Origin: a virus
Reading direction: 5' to 3' (one strand)
IMG/VR virus record: IMGVR_UViG_3300045988_098825
Coordinates: 1 to 60,945 of that record
DNA: 60,945 bases
Numbering within the stretch: the first letter of the stretch is position 1; every line of letters begins with the position of its first letter. Under the pieces are notes generated by a model. That model saw only the letters and a program-made list of their open reading frames with translations, did no database searches and was not told where the DNA came from. Made by a program: the position numbers and the translations under genes. This document shows, one piece after another, positions 52,708 to 60,945 of this stretch.

Positions 52708-53118
52708 ATGGAAAGACTGACAGAAAGCAATCCATCATGGATAGATGATGAATTATGGGAAAGAGCTTGCGAGCCAGACTGTGAAGAAATAGACGCAGTA
52801 TATCGAAAACTAAAAGATTATGAGGACTTAGAGGAACAGGGCAGATTATTAGTTCTTCCGTGCAAAATTGGAGACAGGCTGTATTGGATTGATGATGAGG
52901 ACGATGACGGGAACAAAGGACTTTGCATTAAACAGTACAATGAGGACGAAAAAGTACAAGCTATTGGAATTGACAAAGACGGTGACATATTTGTAATGCT
53001 TGGAATTGATGAATTTTTTACAGCTCCAGATACAATCGGTTCTCAATATGCACTTCTTACACTGGAAGATGCAAATAAGATGTTAGCAGAAATGAAGAAG
53101 AATGAAAGTGAGGAATGA
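52708..53118 (+). CDS. hypothetical protein (MERLT..YEDLEEQGRL family)
   Basis: Paralogue of 57663-58097. Confidence 0.55.
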   Translation: MERLTESNPSWIDDELWERACEPDCEEIDAVYRKLKDYEDLEEQGRLLVLPCKIGDRLYWIDDEDDDGNKGLCIKQYNEDEKVQAIGIDKDGDIFVMLGIDEFFTAPDTIGSQYALLTLEDANKMLAEMKKNESEE

Positions 53119-53819
53119 AAATGAGCATTAAGTCTTACAAAGGTTTTAATAAAGACATGACTTGCAAAGGATTCCAATATGAAGAGGGAAAAGAATATGA
53201 GACAGAAAAGGCAGAATGTTGCGAAACTGGATTTCACGCTTGCGAATATCCGTTAGACTGCTTTAGTTATTATTCACCGAATGAGAGCGTATTCCACGAA
53301 GTTGAACAAGATGGAGAATTAGATAGAGAAGGTAGTGATACCAAGGTTGCTTCAACCAAAATAAAAATAGGAGCAAGTATTAACATTGCAAGAATTGTCA
53401 AGGCGTCTATTCAGTATACAACACAAAGAGCGAAGAAAGAAAACAGCAGTGATAAAGACTGCGGTGCTTCATCCGCAACAGGCTACAAAGGTGCTTCATC
53501 CGCAACAGGCGACTACGGTGCTTCATCCGCAACAGGCAACTGCGGTGCTTCATCCGCAACAGGCTACAAAGGTGCTTCATCCGCAGAAGATAAAGACAGC
53601 GTGGCAGTGGCATGGGGCTATCACGGAAAAGCAAAAGGCGTTATCGGTTCTTTTCTTGTATTAGCTGACTGGGAGGGTGATGAAGATAATTACTGGACTC
53701 AAAATCTTTGGACATTAAAAGGTGCGAAAATGGTTCAAGTTGACGGTAAAATCATAAAAGAAAATACATGGTACACAATGGTTAATGGAGAAATTAAGGA
53801 AGTAGAAAGTGAGGAATAA
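53115..53819 (+). CDS. hypothetical protein with internal 9-aa tandem repeats
   Basis: KGFNKDMTCKGFQYEEG.. N-terminal domain followed by GASSATGxx repeats. Confidence 0.6.
   Translation: MKMSIKSYKGFNKDMTCKGFQYEEGKEYETEKAECCETGFHACEYPLDCFSYYSPNESVFHEVEQDGELDREGSDTKVASTKIKIGASINIARIVKASIQYTTQRAKKENSSDKDCGASSATGYKGASSATGDYGASSATGNCGASSATGYKGASSAEDKDSVAVAWGYHGKAKGVIGSFLVLADWEGDEDNYWTQNLWTLKGAKMVQVDGKIIKENTWYTMVNGEIKEVESEE
53463..53586 (+). repeat. 27-nt tandem repeat, about 4.6 copies, in frame
   Basis: GGTGCTTCATCCGCAACAGGCNNNNNN starting at 53463, 53490, 53517, 53544 and 53571. Confidence 0.95.
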
Positions 53820-53821
53820 TT

Positions 53822-54850
53822 ATGGCAGATACAAAGCAGGCATTAGCAGAGAAAAAAGAATTTACAACATCATTAAGCCAGTGGTCGAATGAAATCACAG
53901 GACTTATTGCAAGAGATTATGAATCATGTGGGGTAAAATTTGATGATTACGCAAAAAAATGCGCAATGGAAGCTATGACAAGCATTTATACACTTGTTAA
54001 GAATGATGATAAGGCAGACATGAGGAGCATTGATACAAGCAACCTTAGACAGATTGTAGAGCAGTGTGCAAGCCTTAAACTGAATGCGAGCGCATATCCG
54101 AGAGAGTGCTACTTCCAGTTACGAAGCGTTAAGCAGGGAAATGAGTGGGTAAAGGTCGTTGAAATGGGTATTGAGGGAACAGGCTATGACTCATTACTTT
54201 CCAACTATGGAAAAGACGTTGACAAGGTTTATCCGTTCTGGGTCATAAAAGAAGGAGACGAATATATACCACCCAAGCATAAAGGTCTGGAAGTTACGCC
54301 CCCGGAATGGGAAGAAAAAGGATTTTCAAGTAAGGCTGTAAGAGTTGTATATCCTGTAAAACTGACAGACGGAACAGTAACATACCTTATGGCAGACAGA
54401 GACAGTGTTAAGGTCAACCTTTTAGCACACGTCAAGCAAAACATGATGAATGCCACGTTTGGTATCTGTGAGGATAGATACAAGGCAACTACGAAGCAGA
54501 AAGAGGAAATCAAGGCTAAGAAAAATGAAATCTTAGATGCTTTAAGAGCGTGTGTGACAGTGGATGATATGTTGCAGTGTGAAGTAGCCAGACCGTATAT
54601 CAGCGGTGCATGGCTTGATACACCAGAAAGCATGATTCAGAGGAAGATGTGCAACAATGCAACACGTAAATATCCTAAGAATTATGACCCTATGGCAAGA
54701 CAAGCGCAGATTGAAATGGATGAAGTTTATCGGTTGGCACAGGAAGATATCGCCGAGAACGCCAACACAGTAGACTTCCAAGAAGAAACAGAAGCAATTG
54801 ACACAGATGCAACAGAGGTGGAAGAAACACCTAGTTTTATGGGGGAATAG
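53822..54850 (+). CDS. recT: RecT-family single-strand annealing protein
   Basis: Blocks line up with E. coli RecT (GIEGTGYDSLL / IIGYRGMIDLA, VIKEGDEY / VVREGDEF, MIQRKMCNNATRKY / MAKKTAIRRLFKY); sits beside the ATPase and SSB. Confidence 0.65.
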   Translation: MADTKQALAEKKEFTTSLSQWSNEITGLIARDYESCGVKFDDYAKKCAMEAMTSIYTLVKNDDKADMRSIDTSNLRQIVEQCASLKLNASAYPRECYFQLRSVKQGNEWVKVVEMGIEGTGYDSLLSNYGKDVDKVYPFWVIKEGDEYIPPKHKGLEVTPPEWEEKGFSSKAVRVVYPVKLTDGTVTYLMADRDSVKVNLLAHVKQNMMNATFGICEDRYKATTKQKEEIKAKKNEILDALRACVTVDDMLQCEVARPYISGAWLDTPESMIQRKMCNNATRKYPKNYDPMARQAQIEMDEVYRLAQEDIAENANTVDFQEETEAIDTDATEVEETPSFMGE

Positions 54851-54853
54851 GAT

Positions 54854-55228
54854 ATGAGATTAATTTCACAGGACGGAACGATTGATATTCCTTATGATTC
54901 TGTTACTTTAGAAGAATCATATGTTGGAATATATGGAGATGGATTAGACAGATGGGAGATCGCAGCATACTTTCAGGAGAGACATAAATGTATAGCACTT
55001 TATAGTTCGGAGGAAAAAGCAAAGAAAGCTATGGAAATGCTTAGAGAGACATATATCGGTATGCCTATCGTAATGCAGAATGTTGATGTTTCAGAAGATG
55101 TGGCAAGGGAATTTGAAAGATTAAAGAAATGCGATGTTGTGGTGCGAACAGAAGATCAACCGTCAAAAGTAGAATATATTAACAATGTTATTTTTCAGTT
55201 TCCAAAAGATGATGAGGTGGAAGTATGA
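54854..55228 (+). CDS. hypothetical protein
   Basis: Co-oriented tiling ORF. Confidence 0.55.
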   Translation: MRLISQDGTIDIPYDSVTLEESYVGIYGDGLDRWEIAAYFQERHKCIALYSSEEKAKKAMEMLRETYIGMPIVMQNVDVSEDVAREFERLKKCDVVVRTEDQPSKVEYINNVIFQFPKDDEVEV

Positions 55229-55395
55229 CAATGCTAATAGGATGGCTACTTTTGACTTGGTCTATCGCAATCTTCCTTATACTTGTACTTGGATGGGAAT
55301 TTCCTGCAAAAGAAAAGTTTTTAATGTGCGTAGGTTTCTGCTTGCTTTTATTAGCAATTAGTGTTGGTGCTTTTTTGATTACAGGGGGAAAGTGA
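55225..55395 (+). CDS. small two-TM membrane protein (56 aa)
   Basis: ATGA overlap; MTMLIGWLLLTWSIAIFLILVLGW.. Confidence 0.4.
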   Translation: MTMLIGWLLLTWSIAIFLILVLGWEFPAKEKFLMCVGFCLLLLAISVGAFLITGGK

Positions 55396-55396
55396 T

Positions 55397-56094
55397 ATGA
55401 AATTTAAATGTATTTCAACTGGAAGTAGCGGTAACTGCTATATACTAACCGATTCTAGCGGTAAATCCCTTATTCTTGACTGTGGTGTGCCGATTATGGA
55501 TATCAAGAGAGGGCTGGACTGGAATATTAGGGGGATATCGGGAGTGATTATAAGTCACTCCCATGGTTAGGCGACCACAGCAAAAGCGCAGACGTAATAG
55601 AGAAAATGGGAATCCCAGTATGGAAACCATATGAAGAAGAAAATCCGAAGATGCAGAAATACGGTAGTTTCACAATCCAGTGTTTCCAGTTGCCACATAA
55701 CGGAACTACCAATTACGGATTTTACATCAAGGCAGACGGACAGAAGCTATTATACATGACCGACATGGAGTATTGCCCTTACAATTTTAGGAAACAGGCG
55801 GTAGATCACATGTTGATTGAGTGCAACTACATAGCGGATATGGTGGACAGGGATATCCCAAATTACGAGCATAAGATTCTAGGTCATTGCGAACTGGAAA
55901 CTTGCAAAGGGATTGTAGAAACAAATAAGTCAGATGCATTGCAGAACGTCATATTATGCCACACAGCGAAAGAAACTTGCGATAAGGATAGAATTATTGA
56001 AGAGATTAAGAAAATCGTTCCTAGTGCAAATGTGAGCGTTGCACAGGGCGGTATGGAATGGGAACTTAGAAATGCGGATGAATGTCCGTTTTAG
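55397..56094 (+). pseudogene. metallo-beta-lactamase-fold nuclease/hydrolase gene interrupted inside the HxHxDH motif
   Basis: Frame 1 reads ..GVIISHSHG then TAG (55568-70). The motif continues as DHSKSADV.. from 55573 in another frame, with 5 extra nt between GGT and GAC. Confidence 0.7.
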
Positions 56095-56116
56095 GAGAAA
56101 GTGAGGGATTAAATCA

Positions 56117-56431
56117 ATGAAATTGTATTTTTATACACTGAAAGAACCATATAATGGTAAACTATTTATTCAGTTTGAAGAGCGTGAAGCTGACGAGAAG
56201 CCCAAGACTTATTTGCTGCATGTACGCCCTAGAGATTTTTATTGTAGAAAAATAAGTAAAGAATATATTGGTAAACGAATGGAGGACACTGTTATATTGC
56301 TTGAAAAAGATGATTTTCTTGCTAGAAGTATTTTCACTGAAACAATTAATAAAAAAATATCTGATGTAGAAAAAAAGGTGAAACAGTTAAGAGAACAGTT
56401 AGAAGCAGTAGAGAAAGGAGAAATACAGTGA
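56117..56431 (+). CDS. hypothetical protein
   Basis: Co-oriented tiling ORF. Confidence 0.55.
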   Translation: MKLYFYTLKEPYNGKLFIQFEEREADEKPKTYLLHVRPRDFYCRKISKEYIGKRMEDTVILLEKDDFLARSIFTETINKKISDVEKKVKQLREQLEAVEKGEIQ

Positions 56432-56835
56432 ACAGTGTAGATATATCAGGAAGAATGACAAGAGAACCAGAAGTAAGGTATGCGGCAGATAAACCGTTTG
56501 CAAAATTCTGCCTTGCAGTAAACCGAAGATTCAAACAGGACGGACAGCCAAATGCAGATTTTATCAACTGTACAGCATTTGGAAAAATGGCTGAATTTGT
56601 CGAGAAGTACGGAAGAAAAGGCGTAAAGTTTGAGGTTCACGGAAGATGGCAGACTGGAAGCTATAAGAACAAAGACGGTAACACCATTTATACAAACGAC
56701 TGTATGGTTGAATCAATCGAGTTTGCAGAAAGTAAGAGCAGCAGCATTGAACAGGAAAACGGAAGTGCAGTTCCAAGTGGGGATGGGTTTATGAATATAC
56801 CAGACGGAATAGATGAAGAATTACCATTTAACTAA
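56428..56835 (+). CDS. ssb: single-stranded DNA-binding protein
   Basis: OB-fold N-terminus ..ISGRMTREPEVRY.. and acidic tip ..DGIDEELPF; GTG start overlapping the upstream stop. Confidence 0.88.
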   Translation: MNSVDISGRMTREPEVRYAADKPFAKFCLAVNRRFKQDGQPNADFINCTAFGKMAEFVEKYGRKGVKFEVHGRWQTGSYKNKDGNTIYTNDCMVESIEFAESKSSSIEQENGSAVPSGDGFMNIPDGIDEELPFN

Positions 56836-56853
56836 AAGGGAGCGTGATTTATC

Positions 56854-57444
56854 TTGCAGAATCCAAGACAGAGATATGCAATAGAATCAAAGAACCGTAA
56901 ACGGTTACTGGAAGTAAACCCTGGCCTTACGGATGAAAGCGGTATCTATTTTCTGACAAGAACTGATGAAAACGGCTTTCGATACGCTTATATCGGACAG
57001 GCAGTACATATTTTGCAAAGACTTGCACAACATCTTGTAGGGTATCAGCATATAGACCTTAGTTTGAAGAAACATAATCTATATTCGATTGAAAATCCTT
57101 ACGGTTGGAAGATTGGTTTTATGCATTTTCCAGTTAGCCAGTTGGACGAGAAAGAGCAGTATTACATCAAAATGTACGCCGACAATGGTTATCAGCTTAG
57201 AAACAAAACTTCTGGTAGCCAGGGAGAGGGAAAAGCCAAGATTAATGAATACAGACCCACTAAGGGTTATCGTGACGGCATTAGACAAGGAAAAATCAAT
57301 CTTGCAAGGGAATTATCCAGTATTGCAGAAAAGCACCTTAGAATCGAATTGAGAGAAGATAAACAGGGTAATAAGGTGTCACAGAAGCAACTTGATAAAT
57401 TCATGGAACTTATAAATGCGGATTTGTATAAGGACGGTGAGTAA
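56854..57444 (+). CDS. GIY-YIG domain nuclease
   Basis: SGIYFL ... YAYIGQA ... R..QH ... E..YI..Y..NGYQLRN. Confidence 0.7.
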   Translation: MQNPRQRYAIESKNRKRLLEVNPGLTDESGIYFLTRTDENGFRYAYIGQAVHILQRLAQHLVGYQHIDLSLKKHNLYSIENPYGWKIGFMHFPVSQLDEKEQYYIKMYADNGYQLRNKTSGSQGEGKAKINEYRPTKGYRDGIRQGKINLARELSSIAEKHLRIELREDKQGNKVSQKQLDKFMELINADLYKDGE

Positions 57445-57597
57445 ATGAAGAATTGTTTTGACATGGTTTATGACCATTATTGCAGAATATTCAGAGAAAC
57501 ACAAGTAAACAGGGGAACATCACCAAGGCAGTACGGCATGATGCTTGCTTATGACAGGAAAGGCAAGAAAAAGAAAGTCGGCAAGTATGGAAGATAG
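57445..57597 (+). CDS. small basic protein (50 aa)
   Basis: ATG follows the upstream stop directly; C-terminal KGKKKKVGKYGR. Confidence 0.3.
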   Translation: MKNCFDMVYDHYCRIFRETQVNRGTSPRQYGMMLAYDRKGKKKKVGKYGR

Positions 57598-57609
57598 ATA
57601 TCTGTATAA
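57586..57609 (+). repeat. 24-nt duplicate of the YopX gene start
   Basis: TATGGAAGATAGATATCTGTATAA is identical to 59040-59063. Confidence 0.95.
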
Positions 57610-57662
57610 GGGAAAAAATCCGAAGCGATGTTAAGAGAATTGATAAGCAGAAAGGAGCAGAA

Positions 57663-58097
57663 ATGGAGAGATTAACAATACGTTCAAAAAACAGTGATAT
57701 GGTTTGGTTTAAGGATGCAGAGAATGGTAATGCACACCTTGAACCATGTGAAATGACTGCACATCATGACAGAATGGCACTTGATAAGCTTGCCACTTAC
57801 GAGGACTTAGAGGAACAAGGCAGACTTATCAAGTTTCCTTGTAAGGTGGGAGATAAAGTTTATTGTATTTTCAACAGATACACTAAATGCACATTTAGCA
57901 ATAAGGAATTTGACGAATATAGTTGCCGAGGGTGCGAGTATGAGTGTGACAGCGAAAAAGAAAATTATGTACAAGATATGAGAGCATATAGCCTTGATTG
58001 GATTGTAACAAATTTGAAGAATTTTGGTAAAACCGTATTTCTCACAAAATCCGAAGCCGAAGCAAAACTGAAAGAATTGAGGTATGACAATGATTGA
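57663..58097 (+). CDS. hypothetical protein (MERLT..YEDLEEQGRL family)
   Basis: Paralogue of 52708-53118. Confidence 0.55.
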   Translation: MERLTIRSKNSDMVWFKDAENGNAHLEPCEMTAHHDRMALDKLATYEDLEEQGRLIKFPCKVGDKVYCIFNRYTKCTFSNKEFDEYSCRGCEYECDSEKENYVQDMRAYSLDWIVTNLKNFGKTVFLTKSEAEAKLKELRYDND

Positions 58098-58314
58098 TTG
58101 TAATATTTGCAAGTATAAAGAAGATTATGGTTATTGTATAGATTGCAAACATGGAGAGTTGTTCGAGAGAAAAAATGTGTCAGAACCTAAAAAAACATCA
58201 TTTGGTAGTAACGGAAGAGAATATTGCGGACATTGTGGTTATTTGTGTGAATATGCCAGAGGATATAAAAAGTTTTATTGTATTAGGTGCGGCGGACTTA
58301 ATTTAAGAAGTTGA
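58084..58314 (+). CDS. Cys-rich zinc-finger protein
   Basis: CNIC..CIDC ... CGHCG..CIRCG. Confidence 0.5.
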   Translation: MTMIDCNICKYKEDYGYCIDCKHGELFERKNVSEPKKTSFGSNGREYCGHCGYLCEYARGYKKFYCIRCGGLNLRS

Positions 58315-58335
58315 AAGAATTGAGAGGTGGAGAAA

Positions 58336-58734
58336 ATGACAGATAAACAGAAATATGCTATTAAATTAGCCATAAATACTATGGATAAGCATTTTGGCAG
58401 ACATTACAACACAGCTTATTGCAATCGTGAAACAGGCATAAGAGTTGAATATGGTGAAGCAATAAATATTTTATCGGATATGCTTTCAAATGATGATAAC
58501 CACACTTGTAACTGCCAGCACAACAGCGATTTAAGAGATAATGAGCCTTGTCGCAGATGTGATAGCAAGCAGACAAATGCCGACAGGATAAGGAACATGT
58601 CGGATGAAGAGTTGCTTGATTTTATATGTTCAATAGAAACTTATGAAGAGGGTAGCGTTAAGACTATTAGGAACGGCATTGCAATGTGTTCGGTAACAGA
58701 AATAGAGAAATGGCTTCAATCAGAAGCAGAATAG
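58336..58734 (+). CDS. hypothetical protein
   Basis: GAGGTGGAG RBS before ATG 58336. Confidence 0.5.
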   Translation: MTDKQKYAIKLAINTMDKHFGRHYNTAYCNRETGIRVEYGEAINILSDMLSNDDNHTCNCQHNSDLRDNEPCRRCDSKQTNADRIRNMSDEELLDFICSIETYEEGSVKTIRNGIAMCSVTEIEKWLQSEAE

Positions 58735-58742
58735 GAGAAAAT

Positions 58743-59027
58743 ATGAAATACATAAGCAATGCAAAATATGGAGAGCCAGTTGAAACAGGAACTATCTACA
58801 GAGGTGACAACAAAAGATTATATATATGTGTTCACACACTATGCGGTTGCGGGGAAACATTATACATGAATTGTCAAACACTAGGTATTGTGGATAGAAA
58901 ATTAAACAGTACATCTGTAATAGCTGCGATAAATGAAGCGCAATCATTAGTGAAGCGTGAGTTTGATTTACTTAGCAATGAACTTAATACCATATTGAAT
59001 AGCAAGATAGAAATATCAAGGTATTAG
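58743..59027 (+). CDS. hypothetical protein
   Basis: AGGAG RBS before ATG 58743. Confidence 0.5.
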   Translation: MKYISNAKYGEPVETGTIYRGDNKRLYICVHTLCGCGETLYMNCQTLGIVDRKLNSTSVIAAINEAQSLVKREFDLLSNELNTILNSKIEISRY

Positions 59028-59040
59028 AGTAGGAGAGAAT

Positions 59041-59508
59041 ATGGAAGATAGATATCTGTATAAAGCTAAGACAACTCCAAAAGAAAAAGGAGAATTTAAC
59101 AATGTTTGGGTTACTGGAAATCTTATTGTTTCCAATGGAAAGTATTACATACATCCTGTGGGCAATGTTGTAAATGTTAAGAATGAGCTTGGAAGAATAA
59201 TTGTGATGCACGAAGTAATTCCAGATACAATCTGCCAATGCACAGGCTTAAAAGACAAGAACGGCAATCTGATTTGGGAGAATGATGTTATTCATAAACA
59301 ATTCTATACAGATCATGACGCTTATGCTAATTCAGAAGCATATACTGGGCGTATTCAGTATGAATATGGCGGTTGGTCTGTAGAAATTACAAAGTCTGAT
59401 GGAAGTGTATGTGTATCACCTATTATTGAGATGATTGCTTATTCAAAAGATATAGAACATTTTGAGGTTATCGGCAACATATTTGACAATCCCGATCTTT
59501 TGAAATAA
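59041..59508 (+). CDS. YopX-family protein
   Basis: ..CQCTGLKDKNGNLIWENDVI.. and C-terminal ..EVIGNIFDNPDLLK, typical of YopX. Confidence 0.75.
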   Translation: MEDRYLYKAKTTPKEKGEFNNVWVTGNLIVSNGKYYIHPVGNVVNVKNELGRIIVMHEVIPDTICQCTGLKDKNGNLIWENDVIHKQFYTDHDAYANSEAYTGRIQYEYGGWSVEITKSDGSVCVSPIIEMIAYSKDIEHFEVIGNIFDNPDLLK

Positions 59509-59535
59509 TTAAGACAAAGAACTTGAAGTAAGGAA

Positions 59536-60027
59536 GTGATTAGTACGGCAGAACGAAGAATGTTCACGAAGAAGATAACAGAAAGTGATGCGTTTCTGGA
59601 AATGCCAAGTAGTACACAAATGTTATACTTTCACTTTTGCATGAATGCGGATGATGACGGATTTGTGAACAATCCGAAGAAGATTCAACGGATGTGCGGT
59701 GCTTCTGATGATGATTTTAGGCTTTTGATTGCCAAGTCATTTGTGCTGACATTCGACAGCGGAATCATCGTGATAAAGCACTGGAAGATGCATAATTACA
59801 TACAATCTGACCGATACGTGCCGACTGATTACGTTGAGGAAAAATCCATGTTGGGGTTGAAAAAGAATAAGTCATACACGTTTGATGAATCTAAAATGGT
59901 TACAAGGTGCATACAGGATTCCAAGACGAAAGAGAAAAAGACTGCTTATAGTAGGAACAGCTTTAATTGTAAAGAACAGAACAATTACGATTATGGCAAG
60001 ATAGAGAAAGGCTTGGGAATAACATGA
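59536..60027 (+). CDS. replisome organiser / replication initiation-like protein
   Basis: GTG start; ..FTKKITESDAFLEMPSSTQMLYFHFCMNADDDGFVNNPKKI.. resembles phage replisome-organiser N-terminal domains. Confidence 0.45.
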   Translation: MISTAERRMFTKKITESDAFLEMPSSTQMLYFHFCMNADDDGFVNNPKKIQRMCGASDDDFRLLIAKSFVLTFDSGIIVIKHWKMHNYIQSDRYVPTDYVEEKSMLGLKKNKSYTFDESKMVTRCIQDSKTKEKKTAYSRNSFNCKEQNNYDYGKIEKGLGIT

Positions 60028-60081
60028 ATCTGATAAATTTTACGGATGAAGAAGAAAAAAGATAAAGGGAGGTAGAAGTTA

Positions 60082-60441
60082 ATGAGCAGAATTAAAGGCT
60101 ATACAGCAGAAGAAGTCGCACGAAATGCAAAGCAAAAACTTATTAGCGATTATGAATTTTGCAAGTGTAATTTATCTAAAATCAGACAGCGTGAAAAAGA
60201 AATTGCAGATATAAGACTTGATTACAATTCAAAGATAGTAAAGTACAGGATAGAAAGCGTAAACAGAGTTCTTGACTTCATATTAAGTGAATATAGGGCA
60301 GGTAGAATTTGCGACCTTGAAACGCTATTGTGTCACTGTCAAAACAAGCTGAATGGCAATATTGACGGAATAGAATTGGACCTTGACGAGCATTTAAGAG
60401 TAGTTTCCTTTAAGAAAGCGGGTGAGAACAATGAGCAATAA
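60082..60441 (+). CDS. hypothetical protein
   Basis: GGGAGG RBS; overlaps the next gene by 11 nt. Confidence 0.55.
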   Translation: MSRIKGYTAEEVARNAKQKLISDYEFCKCNLSKIRQREKEIADIRLDYNSKIVKYRIESVNRVLDFILSEYRAGRICDLETLLCHCQNKLNGNIDGIELDLDEHLRVVSFKKAGENNEQ

Positions 60442-60945
60442 GTTGCACAAAATACCACATTTTAACACTTATGATGATATAAGAGCTGAAATGCAAAAAG
60501 ATTTACAGTACAGGATTGAAAATAGAACAGATAAAACATCTCTTGGCAGACCTTTATATTATCGAATAAATGTACAGTTGATATTGACACAGGAATGTCC
60601 TTATAACTGCCCGTTCTGCTTAGAGAGAAAAAAACCTATGCAGGGTGACAATGATTTTAAGGCACAGATTGAGTCATTAAAAAAGATACTGTCGGAACAT
60701 CCCAATGCGAGACTTACAATTACAGGTGGTGAGCCAGGGCTATATCCTAACCACGTTTCACAGCTTGTTGATACATACAAAAAGCACAGCAATAATGTGT
60801 TTTGTTCAATCAATACAGCAGGATATTCAGAAGAACTTAACGGTTTAGCACATATCAACTTATCATATAACGATTATGTGCATAAAAATCCTAGCATTTT
60901 CCCTAATTGCACAGTTCAGACAGTAGTTGAAAATCCAACAATTGA
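60431..60945 (+). CDS. radical SAM protein, N-terminal part (runs off the window end and continues at nt 2)
   Basis: CPYNCPFC (CxxxCxxC) cluster motif and LTITGGEP SAM-binding motif; about 270 aa in total after joining. Confidence 0.75.
   Translation, partial: MSNKLHKIPHFNTYDDIRAEMQKDLQYRIENRTDKTSLGRPLYYRINVQLILTQECPYNCPFCLERKKPMQGDNDFKAQIESLKKILSEHPNARLTITGGEPGLYPNHVSQLVDTYKKHSNNVFCSINTAGYSEELNGLAHINLSYNDYVHKNPSIFPNCTVQTVVENPTI
60922..60945. repeat. terminal overlap copy 2
   Basis: Identical to nt 1-24. Confidence 0.95.

Larger units (their letters stand above)
1..60945. mobile_element. complete circularly closed temperate tailed-phage genome (siphovirus-like gene order), unique length 60,921 bp
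   Basis: 24-nt identity of both window ends with an ORF reading through the junction in frame. Integrase, immunity switch, terminase, portal, capsid, tape measure and endolysin are all present. Confidence 0.85.

Noticed and set aside
53386-53664. ORFs 53386-53664 (+) and 53407-53634 (-)
   Set aside because: They are alternative-frame readings of the 27-nt tandem repeat inside 53115-53819.
55562-55575. Programmed -1 frameshift rescuing the MBL gene
   Set aside because: There is no slippery heptamer, and the slipped product (HSHGLGDH) would break the invariant HxHxDH spacing.

Overview
The window is a complete, circularly closed phage genome. Nt 1-24 are identical to nt 60922-60945, so the unique length is 60,921 bp. 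It looks like a temperate, siphovirus-like phage of a low-GC, probably spore-forming Firmicute, and almost all genes are on the + strand.

Layout:
- Early and replication/recombination block (45.6-60.9 kb, continuing into 0-3.3 kb): a CI/Cro-type switch, two antirepressor paralogues, a Spo0A-C-like protein, SSB and OB-fold proteins, a Rad50/SbcC-like ATPase, RecT, a broken MBL nuclease, GIY-YIG, YopX, a replisome organiser, and a radical SAM gene that spans the junction.
- Large serine integrase (3388-4749) with a candidate attP.
- A five-gene low-complexity, Cys-rich 'spore-surface-like' moron (5174-7932).
- An accessory region with its own promoters and terminators, including a minus-strand cassette (10113-11654).
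- An RHH gene, a helically phased iteron array and a terS-like gene (14291-15808).
- A 1.27-kb ORF-free, hairpin-dense RNA locus with tRNA-like modules, ending in tRNA-Ile(UAU) (16921-18190).
- An orphan DNA methyltransferase.
- The late module (22081-45397): terL, portal, scaffold, capsid, connectors, holin, tail tube, G/GT chaperone, endolysin, tape measure, tail tip and fibres.

Best candidates for something new:
1. The large structured-RNA/tRNA-mimic locus.
2. The spore-surface-like moron next to the integrase, taken together with the Spo0A-C-like and sigma-like genes.
3. The minus-strand cassette bounded by a tRNA 3' fragment.
4. An in-frame TAG that separates an Ig-repeat fibre gene from its apparent C-terminus.
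5. The iteron array.

All functional calls come from motifs and gene order read by eye. No database search was run.
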